A stretch of 64,000 bases of DNA from positions 70,246,001-70,310,000 of the forward strand of contig OX597826.1 of the NCBI GenBank assembly GCA_951406725.2. The letters run 5' to 3'. Position numbers and translations under genes: made by a program. This document shows positions 52,384 to 64,000 of this stretch, one piece after another. The notes beneath the pieces were generated by a model. That model had not been told where the DNA came from and made no database searches. It saw nothing but the letters and a program-made list of their open reading frames with translations. The DNA comes from Octopus vulgaris. Taxonomy: Eukaryota. Numbering within the stretch: the stretch's first letter is position 1; every line of letters starts with the position of its first letter.

Positions 52384-53290
52384 TTAAGTTTGTCTACTTC
52401 CACTTAATTTATATTTGAAAAGTCTCCTCTTACCTTTTTTTAGCTCATTTCCATCTATCATTTTCATCTTCATGCATTACAACACACGTTTTTATGTTTT
52501 TTTTTAATCCGTTTTTTTTATTTTTATATGTTTTATGTCCCCACATGTCTGTGTAATGTCCCTTCTGCATTGGCCCTTTGTGGGTAATAAAAAATCCCAA
52601 CTACTTTACAGAGTATACCAGGGTGCTTTTCTCTGCGGCACCAGCACCGGTACTTTTTACATAGCACCAGCACCAACAGGGTCACCAAGTAACTGGCAAG
52701 ACAAAAACTCCCACCTCGGCTGGGAGGAGGAAGTGGTAGTGAAGGTGGGGTGTCGTTAGTGTTGTCATTCATGGTGGTGGTGGTGATGTTGGAGGGAGAT
52801 TGAGTGAGTGATTATGGTGAAGAGGGCAATTCTTGTCGGTGGTGGTAGTGGTGGTGGTGGTGCTGGGTGGTAATGATTGTGGTGGCGGTGATTGTCATCA
52901 TCGTCATGGGTGACGTTGGAGTAGAGGGTTATTGTCGTTATTGGTGTCATGGGGTGAAGGAGGGCAGGAAGACGCACAGAAATTTCTAAAGCATTAAAAG
53001 AAAATTTTTTTTTTTTTTAAAAAAGACATGCAATGGAAAATCATACTAAATTGTACCAAAGAAAGCGCCAGAAACTAAAACTTGAGGAATTTAAATTATT
53101 TGGCATTTTAACCTTTTAATTGATGGTTTAACATTTCATTCCATTTGTTGCTCGCTCAGTGTGTGTCATGCGTACAAACTGACACACATGCATACATTAT
53201 ACATTTGCACATGTATTTGTGTGTGTGTGTGTGTGCGTGTGTGTGTGTGCGTGCGTGTGTGTTTGTGCGTGCATGCATGTATCCTTTATC

Positions 53291-53859
53291 GTTTACTTGT
53301 TTCAGTCATTAGACTGTGGCCATGCTGGAGCACTGCATTGAAGAATTTTAGCCAAAAGAACCAACTCCACTTTCTTTTTTTTTTTTTTTTTTTTTTTTAT
53401 GTTACAGCCTGCTACTTAGTCTATCAGTCTCTTTTGCTGAACCGCTAAGTTGCAGGGATGTAAACGCACTAGAATAGGTCATCAAGTAGTTTGCTTACCA
53501 ACCAAACCACATGGCTCCAGGTTCAATCCCACTGCATGGCATCTTGAGCAAGTGTCTTCTACTATAGCCTCGGGCCGACCAAACCCATGTAAGTGGATTT
53601 GGTAGACGGAAACTGAAAAGAAGCCTGTCGTATATATGTATATATATGTGTGTATGTTATGTTTGTGTGTCTGTATTTGTCCCCCTAGCATTTGCTTGAC
53701 AACCGATGCTGGTATGTTTGTGTCCCCGTCTCTTAGCGGTTCGGCAAAAGAGACCAATAGAATAATTACTGGGCTTACAAAGAATAAGTCCCGGGGTCGA
53801 TTTGTTCGACTAAAGGCGGTACTCCAGCATGGCCGCAGTCATGACTGAAACAAGTAAAG
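53291..53859. mobile_element. Two family A SINEs, inverted (- 53291-53468; + 53484-53859)
   Basis: tttacttgtttcagtcat...ggccatgctggagcac versus ctccagcatggccgcagtcatgactgaaacaagtaaa. Confidence 0.8.
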
Positions 53860-53912
53860 ACTATATTTATACACATATATATATGATTGTAGGTAAATGT
53901 GTGTGTGTGTGT

Positions 53913-54140
53913 AAAACTTAGATAAAACTTAGATATCTTTCGACCAAAGATTGGTCCAAGCCATGTCTAACTTAATAGCACCACCTAATAGGATTATCTA
54001 AATCCTGTTTAATTCAAGTTTTGTTTATGGTCCATTCAAGTAGTGAGTTCTTGTCGAGTAAGTTGTATCCAGGTATGGGTGGCTGATCTGGAATTCCTTG
54101 AAGAAATCTGTCAAGACTTTGTTTAAAGGTAATGGGATTC
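53913..54140 (-). mobile_element. CR1-clade LINE 3' end (ORF2 C-terminus, 3' UTR stem-loop, tandem tail)
   Basis: Minus strand NPITFKQSLDRFLQGIPDQPPIPGYNLLDKNSLLEWTINKT*, then a gaccaa/ttggtc hairpin and (tatctaagttt)2. Confidence 0.7.
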
Positions 54141-54186
54141 TATTCCCCTTTAATCAGTTTTGGGAGTTACCTCTTTAATCAGTTTG

Positions 54187-54221
<35 letters not shown>

Positions 54222-54244
54222 TTGCAGACATATATCATATTTAT

Positions 54245-54562
54245 GCATCATCATCATCATCATCATCATCATTTAACGTCCGTTTTCCGTGCTAGCACAG
54301 GTTGGACGGTTCGACCGGGGTCTGGGAAGCCAGGATGCTGCACCAGGCTCCAGTCTGATCTGGCAGAGTTTCTACAGCCAGATGCCCTTCCTAACGCCAA
54401 CCACTCTGTGAGTGTAGTGGGTGCTTTTTACGTGCCACCGGCACAGGTGCCAGGGAAGGCTGGCAGCGACCACGATTGGTTGATGCTTTTTACGTACCAC
54501 CAGCACAGAAGCCAGTCAAGGTGGCGCTTGCATCGGCCACGTTCGGATGGTGCTTTTTACAT
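54245..54562 (-). mobile_element. Family C RTE 3' UTR copy with three modules
   Basis: (cat)n-ttaacgtccgttttcc...gtgctttttacgtgccaccggcac modules. Confidence 0.8.
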
Positions 54563-55107
54563 GATATACATACATACATATGTATATTATGTACATATGT
54601 ATTCGTGCATACTGCAGAAGCTAGTTCGCAAATATTGATATATGTAGTCTGTGTGATATATATTACATAAATATACATGAAAATCTCTATCTGAGAAAAC
54701 TTACTTACAGATGCCAGTTCTGATAGTGTCCCTCTTTCCCAATATAGCTTTCTGTCTAGTAATAAAACTAGATGCATATATACATATATACATACATTTA
54801 TATATATATATATATGTAGCTTTTATACAAAATCTTTATGTAACCACACTATCTCAGTTCCTCTTTCTTCTCTTCTTCTCTTTCACATATATGAATTCCT
54901 TTGCACAATCTTTTAATGAAAAATTTATATATATAAACAATCTCTCTTCCCACTATTTCTGCATGTTTCTTTGACATACACACATTTGCATGTGTGTATA
55001 TATATATATATATATATCCATATTTAGGGCATATTTTGTCCTTATAAACAAACACTTTCTTTATCTCCACCTTTTGCTCCTACTGACACACACACATACA
55101 AAATGTA

Positions 55108-55155
<48 letters not shown>

Positions 55156-55611
55156 TACACACGTACACATATTATATACATACACACACCACACATACAT
55201 ACACTTCCTTTCTACATATATTTCTCCAAGTCTCTGCCTCATATATATTCTCACACATACACATGCATGCATACATACATACATACATACACACACACAT
55301 GCATGCACACACTCTTCCTTCCTCTCTCTCTCTTTCTCCTCCTCTCTCTCTATTTCTCAGTCCTCTCTCTCTCTCTCTCTCCCTTCATATACACTATACA
55401 TGTTTCTGTGTATATTTTTATAATTTTATCGAAATATATGGAGTTATATTTAGATACGTAGATAAACACCAGTCACCATCACATCAACTCAGGCAATCTC
55501 ATAAATGAACCTGTACATGGTGTATTGATCTGCTAGAAATAACAACCAAATCTCACTCAAATTATAGATTACTGTCTTTAAAACAAAGTAACACTGGATG
55601 TTGTAGTTGAT

Positions 55612-55780
55612 TTCTACGTTCTGAGTTCAAATTCTGCTGAGGTCGACTTTGGCTTCCATCCTTTCGGGGTCAATAAATTAAGTACCAGTTATGCACTGGT
55701 GTCGATGTAATCAACTTAATCCGTTTGTCTGTCCTTGTTTGTCCCCTCTGTGTGTAGCCCCTTGTGAGCAATGAAGAAAT
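55612..55780 (+). mobile_element. SINE family B fragment
   Basis: acgttctgagttcaaattctgctgaggtcgacttt...agccccttgtgagcaatgaagaaat. Confidence 0.8.
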
Positions 55781-56586
55781 ATGAAAAAAATAACAGATAA
55801 ATTATAAACAATAAACTGTATAATAATAAGTCTAGTCCGTGCGTATCACTTAGGTTGACGAGGGAAGGATGACCTCTCTTTGCAAATACCATAAGTGCAC
55901 AGAAAGTGTGCCTAAAGCCAGCTGGAGACGATGTTCTCCTGGGGCTATAAGCTACAGTAACACCCACCCTTAGTGGTTAGCCATATTAAGATGGAAAATA
56001 TACCTCACAATAAACTGTGTGTTAAAGTTTTAAATAAAGAATTTGAAGTCCAAAAGATTATTGCCAAATGATTTTTATTTATCACCAAACTGGTGAAGAT
56101 GGCAAGTGAAGAGAATTGCCAGAGCAAGCAAGCGTTGGATGAGACAGCTTCATATGGGTTAAGATACAAAAATTTGCGACAGCATTTTTTCTGGGTAGTA
56201 ACCGTCCTAGATATTTAAAGAAACAGGTGGGGAGTCTGCAAGAACTTGATGCTTGGATACTCTGCACTCGGTGCAAGCAAATTGTACTCACAAGGAACGG
56301 AGTGATTTCTGGCAGGATTACAAGAGATGCAACACACGAAGAGAACCGAACCAGAGTCAGTAGCAGGAGAGGCATCCATGGAGGGCTGACTTCTGTTAAC
56401 TTAGAAGATCTAATTAGTGTGGGGGTGGCGATGGGGGAAGTTGCACTAAAAGTATATAGGTTGGGACAAACACACATGCAGACACATATACACATATTTG
56501 TGTGTGCATGCATACATATACACACATTTATACATACATACTTACATACATATGTAGGTATGTATGTATGTATGTATGTATGTATG

Positions 56587-56645
<59 letters not shown>

Positions 56646-56649
56646 ATAT

Positions 56650-56688
<39 letters not shown>

Positions 56689-57562
56689 TATATATATATA
56701 TATATGTGTGTGTGTGTATGAAAATTTGTTTTAGTATTTGAAAATGCACCTGAATCTAAAAAACGTGTAAATTTTTAAATAGATTTATTCACATACCAAA
56801 CTAGTTTCAACAATTTTTTTATTTATCAATGGTACAAAATACATATATATATATTAAAAAAAAGGGGAATGGCGGTGTGGGAGTTTAAAGTTACAAAGTA
56901 ATATTTCGATAAACATGTTTAACCCATCTAATAATGTTCAAAGAATCACAGAAATTTCAATGAGTTTCAACAGGGACAGACAGTAATATCATTGTTAACG
57001 TTCGACGAAGATTAGAAACAAACGTACATTATTGAAAGTTTTGTCTTATTGAGTTTTTCTATAAAACAAGTGGAGAAGAAAGAGAAAAAGATGGAAAGAA
57101 AGAAAAGGTTTCTTTTTCTTTTTATTTTAACAATTTCTGTTGTGGTGTATGTAGTTCTTTTATCAATTTCAGTTCAGTCTCAGTACACTAGTCACTTCAC
57201 CTTTCATTGACTTATATACTGTTCTGATTAGCAATTTAGTGTTTGTTTTTGACCAACAGTGTGATCAATTGCAGATTTGGAAGGAAACCAAGACCCCTTT
57301 TTTAGAGTGTTTAAAGGAGTTTTTTTCTTTTTGCCATCGTTTATGTAATCATCGCCCATTAAATTTTAAGAGGATCTCAGCAATTTTTATTATCCAAGAT
57401 ATGTAGAGTATTTATAATGATGACTTATGAAAAAATACATTTTGTTTCCCAGGACCTAAATTCAACCATACATAGGTCTCAGCAGGTTGGTACAAAACAA
57501 GTTAGTCAATTGATAACATTTATAACTAGTTATAACTACTTGCTCAATTGATAACAGTTATA

Positions 57563-57746
57563 TGGGGAGAGTTCACGAAAAAAACACAAGACGAAGAGAG
57601 GTGGTTTAGAAAACAAACAGATGTATCAGTATAATGCTCAGGAATTGAAAAATGTCTTTTACGTTTCCAGCCTACGCTCTTATACAGAAAGGAACACAGA
57701 AAGAAACAAAGAGAGAAACAAGGAGAGAGAAAAAAATGTGTGTAGT
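57563..57746 (-). mobile_element. Short repeat with a degenerate hammerhead-like motif, related to 13103-13278
   Basis: Minus strand cttt-ctgtata-a-gagc-gtag-gctg-gaaac-gta-aaag...ttcctgagc; flanked by gataaca(g/a)ttata direct repeats. Confidence 0.45.
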
Positions 57747-57967
57747 GATAACAATTATAACTAGTTATAATTAGTTAGTCAATTGATAACATTTATAACG
57801 CAAACTCTGCATTTGTGGTCAGGAGATGTCTTCCTTCTCCTGAACGCACATACATGTTCTGTTTCTAATTTGATCTTTTGAATTCTCTCTAAAATGAAAG
57901 ATCTTGTTCAAAACTGAAGAAGAAAGCAACAACAGTAAATAGGTACATCTTTAAGCTTTTATCAGTC

Positions 57968-58183
57968 GCTTGTTTCAGTTGTTTGATTATGGCCATGCTG
58001 GGGCACTGCTTGGAAGGGTTTAGTCAATCAGACCTGCTTTAAATATACAAATAAAACTTACTTTTTTTTTTAAAAGAAGTTTGGTACTTATTCTGTAGAA
58101 AACTTTTGCTTTGTTGAACTGCTAAGTTTTGAGGATGTAAACAAACCAACACTGACTGCCAGGTCATTGTGGAACAAACACAA

Positions 58184-58272
<89 letters not shown>

Positions 58273-58425
58273 TATATACATGATGGGCTTCCACACAGTT
58301 TCCATCTACCAAGTTCACTGTCAAAGCATTGATCAACCCACAGCTCTAGTAGAAGACACTTGTGGAACTGAACCCAAAACGGCATGGTTGCAAAGCAAGC
58401 TTCTTAACCACACAGCCATACCTAC
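57968..58425 (-). mobile_element. Diverged SINE family A
   Basis: cttgtttcagt...ggccatgctggggcac...gtagaagacacttg...aaccacacagcca. Confidence 0.7.
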
Positions 58426-58569
58426 ACCTTACCATCTCAAACTTTACAAAATGTTTTGCATATTTTCATTGTTCTGCTTACAAACTGAACATAATACTTC
58501 CTGTGCTTTTCTTTGCTTTACTCCCTCACCCCAGTGTTTCCAGATATCATCATCATTTAAAGTCCATTG

Positions 58570-59151
58570 TCTATGACTAGTGACTGAGACCTTTGGAAAT
58601 ATGCTGTGCTTGGGAAGACCCGGCAAACCAAGTGAGACCATAACCTCATGGCCTATGCCAGGGGTGTATTAGCCCACTTATGCATACCTTTCCTTCATTG
58701 GACACTAAACTCTGCTTGGGAAGACCTGTTGAGGCAAGTGAAATCGAAATCAAATTCGATGACTGGCATCCGTGCTAGTGGAACGCTAAGAGCACCATCC
58801 AAGTGTGATCGCTGCCAAAGCAGCAAACTGGCTTCTGTGCCAGTGGTATGTAAAAAGCACCATTCGAGCTTGATTGTTACCAGCGAGGTCATTGCCAGTG
58901 CCACTGGACTGGCTCCTGTGCAGGTGGCATGTAAAAAACACCATTTGAGCATGGCCGTTGCCAGTGGCACGTAAAAGCACCCACTACACTCTTGGAGTGG
59001 TTGGTGTTAGGAAGGGCATCCAGCTGTAGGAACTCTGCCAGATCAGATTGGAGCCTGGTGCAGCCTCCTGGTTTGCCAGTCTTCAGTCAAATCGTCCAAC
59101 CCATGCTAGCATAGAAAGCAGACGTTAAACGATGATGATGGTGATGATGAT
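58570..59151 (+). mobile_element. RTE LINE 3' end: last ORF codons joined to the full family C 3' UTR and (GAT)n tail
   Basis: MTSD*DLWKYAVLGKTRQTK*, followed by UTR modules and gttggtgttaggaagggcatccagc...gacgttaaac(gat)n. Confidence 0.75.
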
Positions 59152-59415
59152 GTCCATGCTGACACAGGCTGGACAGTTTGACCAGAGCTGGCTAGCCAAG
59201 GCTCCAGTCTGATTTGGTATGATTTCTACAGCTTGATGCTCCGTCTAATGCCAACCACTGTGATAGTATAATGGGTGCTTTTACGTGCCACTGGCACAAG
59301 TGCCAGTTTGCATGACACCAGTATCTGCCACAAATACAATTTCACTTGGCTTTATGGATCTCCTACCCAAACACAGCAAGGGTCTCCGTCATTTGTCATT
59401 GGCTCTGTGAGGCTC
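59152..59415 (-). mobile_element. Diverged family C copy abutting the previous one in inverted orientation
   Basis: ggctccagtctgatttgg...tttctacagc...gccaaccact...gtgcttttacgtgccactggcac. Confidence 0.7.
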
Positions 59416-59765
59416 ATTTATCATTGTCTAATACTTAGCAAAGCAAGTAGAACAATGATTTTGGGCTACTCATCTAAATTTATAATCCAGTTAGAGAAAC
59501 TGTAAATTTCAAAGTAGTCTACCATAAAGGTTCACTGTCTTGTTAATTTTAAACGAAATGTTCGCTTTCTCGTTAATTTTAATGTGAAACGTTCACATCC
59601 GTCGAGACAGCTGACATCCACATAATTTTCTTGTTTTCTGCCCTAAACAATTATGTCAGACCTGTTTTGTTTGCACTTGGCTAAGACTTTGGTATGAATG
59701 TGCCATACATGTATGTATATACGTGTGCATATACATATATGTGTGTGTGTGTGTGTAAGTATATA

Positions 59766-59826
<61 letters not shown>

Positions 59827-60088
59827 GTATGTATATGTATGTATATGTGTGTATGTCTATGCATGTGTGTGTGTGTTATAGACACGATCACACATACACC
59901 CACGACTATGCCTTCACCTTTGTCCACCCTTCCACCCTCTTCTGCCTCCCACTCACTACATCTCATGTCTATGTCATGATGTGACATTTTCTTTTGCTAA
60001 TCACTTCCTCAAGAAGCCTCTGAGAACATGCTGCATTTCTTCAACTCCCTCCCTCCCTCTTCTTCCTCTCTCTTTTACTTACCTCTCC

Positions 60089-60120
<32 letters not shown>

Positions 60121-60249
60121 TACCTCTCTGTCTGTTCTATGCACTGTATCTCTTTCTTGTCCTCTCACACTCTGACTCTATCTAACCATCTATCTATCTG
60201 TCTGCCTGTCTTTCTGTCTGTCCTTTTGTAAGTCTCTCTGTCTATCCTT

Positions 60250-60289
60250 CTGTCTGTCTATTTATCTATTTATCTATTTATCTATCTAT

Positions 60290-60330
<41 letters not shown>

Positions 60331-60370
60331 CATCCATCCATCCATCCATCCATCTATCATCTATCTATCC

Positions 60371-60425
<55 letters not shown>

Positions 60426-60508
60426 CATCTATCTCTCTATCCATCTATCTATCTATCTATCTATCTATCTGTCTAACTATCTATCTATCTAGCTAGCTAG
60501 GTAGCTAA

Positions 60509-60548
<40 letters not shown>

Positions 60549-60595
60549 TTATCTATCTATCATCTATATATCTATATATATATATATATATATAT
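60250..60595. repeat. (TATC)n/(TGTC)n/(CATC)n compound tetranucleotide microsatellite
   Basis: Directly visible. Confidence 0.95.
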
Positions 60596-60596
60596 C

Positions 60597-60910
60597 GTTT
60601 CGCGACCGTTGCCAGCACCGCCCCGTTTCGTGTCCGTTGCCAGCCTCGCCTGGCCCTCGTGCCGGTGGCACATAAAAAGCACCATTCGTTCGTGGCCGTT
60701 TGCCAGCTCTGTCTGGCACCAGTGCGGGTGGCACGTAAAAAGCACCCACTACACTCACGGAGTGGTTGGCGTTAGGAAGGGCATCCAGCCGTAGAAACAC
60801 TGCCAGATTTGACTGGGCCTGATGAAGCCTTCTGGCTTCACAGACCCCAGCAGAACCGTCCAACCCATGCTAGCATGGAAAACGGACGCTAAATGATGAT
60901 GATGATGATC
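60597..60910 (+). mobile_element. Family C RTE 3' UTR copy, CpG-rich (probably young)
   Basis: cgtgccggtggcacataaaaagcacc modules and the canonical tail. Confidence 0.8.
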
Positions 60911-60929
60911 ATCATCATCTATCTATCTA

Positions 60930-60968
<39 letters not shown>

Positions 60969-61313
60969 TACCACCCTTCCTTCCTTCCTTCACATACCTC
61001 GCTCTATCTCATACAATTGTAACTCCCATACAATCACTTAACTACACAATATTCAACCCTTTTAATGGCAGATTTCTGTTGAAATACACAGCTTTTTCTT
61101 TAAATTCATTTATAAAAATAACTCCATCCTTATTAAACTGATGTTTCGAACATAATAAAACATGAAATTTCAATAGGAAGTTGTAATTTAAATCAAGATA
61201 AATCCCAAAGTCTGCTTCATTAAAATTAAGGGCAGTTTGTTATCGAAAGGATAAATACATAGAACACACACACACACACACGCACACACACACATGCACA
61301 CACGCACGTACAC

Positions 61314-61351
<38 letters not shown>

Positions 61352-61524
61352 ATAATTAGGTTTGTTTCTCATTGATACCTAATCACTAAAACTCTTATTC
61401 TACCCCTATTACTTGCTCTTCCTTTTTCTCTTTCTCTTTCCCTTTCTTTCTCTCCCTCTCTTTCTCCATCTCACTCATTTCTGAAATTTTCTGAAATTGT
61501 GATAATTTAACCATTTCACTTCAG

Positions 61525-61722
61525 CTACTATTTCTTATTTCTGTATTGCCCACAAGGGGCTAAACATAGAGGGGACAAACAAGGAGAGACAAAAGGATTA
61601 AGTCGATTACATCAACCCCAGTGCATAAATGGTACTTAATTTATTGACCCCGATAGGATGGAAGGCAAAGTCGACCTCAGCGGAATTTGAACTCAGAACA
61701 TGAAGGCAGACGAAATATCGCT
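61525..61722 (-). mobile_element. SINE family B
   Basis: gcccacaaggggctaaac...ggcaaagtcgacctcagcggaatttgaactcagaac. Confidence 0.8.
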
Positions 61723-61734
61723 AAGAATTTCACA

Positions 61735-61883
61735 ACCCCAGGACTTATTCTTTGGAAGCCTAGTACTTATTCTATCAGTCTCTTTTTGCCGAACTGCAAA
61801 GTTATGGGGACATAAACACACCAGCAACAGTTGTCAAGCGATGCTGGGGGGACAAACACAGACACACAAACATATACACACAC

Positions 61884-61922
<39 letters not shown>

Positions 61923-62083
61923 TACGATGGTCTTCTTTCAGTTTCCGTCTACCAAATCCACTCACAAGGCTTTGGTTGGCCGAGGCTATACTAGAAGACA
62001 TTTGCCCAAGATGCCACGCAGTGGGAGTGAACCCGGAACCATGTGGTTAGTCAGGAAGCTACTTACCACACAGCCACTCCTGC
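61735..62083 (-). mobile_element. SINE family A (3'-truncated)
   Basis: ccccaggacttattctttgg...ttaccacacagccactcctgc. Confidence 0.8.
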
Positions 62084-62109
62084 ATGTGTAATATTAGTGC
62101 ACATGAACA

Positions 62110-62375
62110 CCAATGCACAAATGGGTCAAGAGAAGAACTGAGCATAAGAGAAATTGAGTGTAGAACACAAGAGAAAGTGCTATGCTAGTGCAGGCATGTG
62201 ATGCATGTAGAGGATGATTTCTGCATAAGACCTGAGCATTCCAAATTATTGGAATCTTGGAACAAAGTGATGGAGACTGATCTGAAGATGCTGCAGCTCA
62301 CAGAAGAGATGACAAAGGAATTTACTGGTTAGATGCATGTGGTGCATTCACGAAGACAAGTACATGAGGGTAGTA
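62110..62375 (+). mobile_element. Decayed RTE LINE ORF C-terminal fragment
   Basis: REELSIREIECRTQEKVLC*CRHVMHVEDDFCIR and WNKVMETDLKMLQLTEEMTK resemble the RTE C-terminus. Confidence 0.65.
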
Positions 62376-62419
62376 TTTAGGAACCTACATTGACGGTCCC
62401 CTCACTTTGTATCCTTAAA

Positions 62420-62662
62420 TAAGCATGACTTAGTGGTTAGGGTGTTGAACTCATGATTGTATGGTCGTGGTTTCGATTCCTGGACTGGGTGACGCGTTGT
62501 GTTCTTGAGCAAAACACTTCATTTCACGTTGCTCCAGTCCACTCAGCTGGCAAAAATAAGTAATCCTGCGATGGAGCAGGTCCTGTCCAGGTGGGGAATT
62601 TCTACACCACTGAAACCAGGAAACTGGCCCTTATGAGCTTGGCATGGCTCGAGAAGGAACAT
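62420..62662 (+). mobile_element. SINE family D-related copy
   Basis: catgacttagtggttagggtg...tttcgattcc...gttgtgttcttgagcaaaacacttcatttcacgttgctccagtccactcagctg. Confidence 0.75.
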
Positions 62663-62722
62663 TGTTGCACTCACTCTGTTTTTGTCTATCTATTGCTCTT
62701 TTTCCAATTTCTTTGTCACACA

Positions 62723-62789
<67 letters not shown>

Positions 62790-63239
62790 TCACCATTCCC
62801 TGTGCTGACAGCATCAGAGCATCATCATCCCTCTATCACACTTTACCATCTCTAGACAAACTAAGAAACTGCATCAAGCCATCTGTAGACAATACATGTA
62901 TGTATGTGTATGTGTATGTGTGTGTGTGTGTGTGTGTGTATGCGCATGTCATGTAAAGCACGCACAAATCTCATCCAACCTGTCTCCTCCACACTCCCTC
63001 GTCTTCCATCATCTCTGCAACACAGTTTTCTTTTTCCCAAGGTTTCTGCTTTTCGACAACTGTTGCACATATGTTCAACAAGGTCTCTCTCTCCTCTTCC
63101 CTTTAACCACATACTGGTTCTTATTCAAAAAGTTCGTTTCAAAACATTGATGTACGACTTTGTTTTTTCTTCACCAATAACATCCTTTGAACTTAAGCCC
63201 AAGAAGTCGGATGGTATCTCTTAATAATGGTATATTTGC

Positions 63240-63810
63240 ATTGGCGTTTGGAAGGGCATCCAGCTGTAGAAACTCTGCCAGATCAGATTGGAGCCTGGTG
63301 CAGCCATCTGGTTCGCCAGTCCTCAGTCAAAATCGTCCAACCCATGCTAGCATTGAAAGCAGACGTTAAATGATGATGATGTTGCACTTAAGATCCATCC
63401 ATCCTTTCATCTATACATATTCATATACACACACAGAGTACCGAGATGCCTGGCACCATACTGTGCTCAAGAAGACCTGTACTGTGCAACAGAAATGTTA
63501 AGACCACTTCCTCTGGTGGTGTAAAACACTTGTGGCAGTGCCACATAAAAGCACCCGAGTGGTGCCACATAAAGTGCCCGTATGGTGCCACATAAAAGCT
63601 CCCGTGCAGTGTCACATATAAAAGCACCCAGCCCTCGCTGTAAAGTGGTTGGCATTAGGAAGCACATTCAGCCGTAGAAACCATGCCAAACCAGACTGGG
63701 GTCTGACGCAGGTCCCCAGCTTGCCAACTCTGGTTAAAACAGTCCAACTCTCATGCCTGCATGGGCAGCAAATATTAAATGATGACGATGACAACGACGA
63801 CGACAACAAC

Positions 63811-63842
<32 letters not shown>

Positions 63843-64000
63843 CGATGATGATGAAGACAATGACGATGATGATGATGATGACGATGACGACGACGATGAT
63901 GATGACAACGATGATGATGATGATGACGATGACAACGATGATGACGATGACGACGATGATGACGTCGACGACGACGATGATGACGATGACGATGATGATG
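63240..64000 (+). mobile_element. Two family C RTE 3' UTR copies; the second has gtgccacataaaag modules and an expanded (GAT/GAC)n tail running off the window
   Basis: ttggcgtttggaagggcatccagc at 63241; ggttggcattaggaagcacattcagcc at ~63647; tail from ~63780. Confidence 0.75.

Noticed and set aside
56082-56525. Non-repetitive ORFs of 147/164 aa
   Set aside because: No recognisable domain or splice structure; they run into microsatellite and are probably decayed TE sequence.
20191-64000. Search for the next Fat exon (expected xI.T...LDRE....YWLTV.A.D)
   Set aside because: No such peptide seen in the ORF track or by eye; it is probably beyond the window, though a short exon could have been missed.

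Overview
AT-rich, microsatellite-saturated eukaryotic DNA. The repeat landscape (tRNA-headed SINEs with internal microsatellites, RTE/CR1 relics, dense TA/CA/GAT/GA runs) looks like an octopus or coleoid cephalopod genome; this is inference, not a database result. The only convincing protein-coding sequence is one ~3.35 kb exon (acceptor CAG 16831-16833, ATG 16848, donor G|GTAAGT at 20184/20185). It encodes a signal peptide plus ~9.5 cadherin repeats of a Fat1/2/3-type (Fat-like/kugelei) giant cadherin. The remaining ~60 kb reads as intron or flank. It holds three tRNA-headed SINE families (called A, B, D here), many 5'-truncated RTE LINE 3'-UTR copies (family C), RTE and CR1 ORF2 relics, two non-autonomous Helitrons, a TA-flanked MITE and minisatellites. 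Nearly all other ORFs in the track are microsatellite artefacts. The most interesting signals are: several Penelope-type minimal hammerhead-ribozyme motifs in different repeat families, one inside a tRNA-headed element with an 11-bp target-site duplication; a candidate frame-preserving 24-nt Fat microexon; a GC-rich fold-back covering a 3' splice site; a perfect 46-bp palindrome; SINE/LINE tail sharing; and closely spaced inverted repeats that could form dsRNA for A-to-I editing. Repeat boundaries were read by eye and are approximate.
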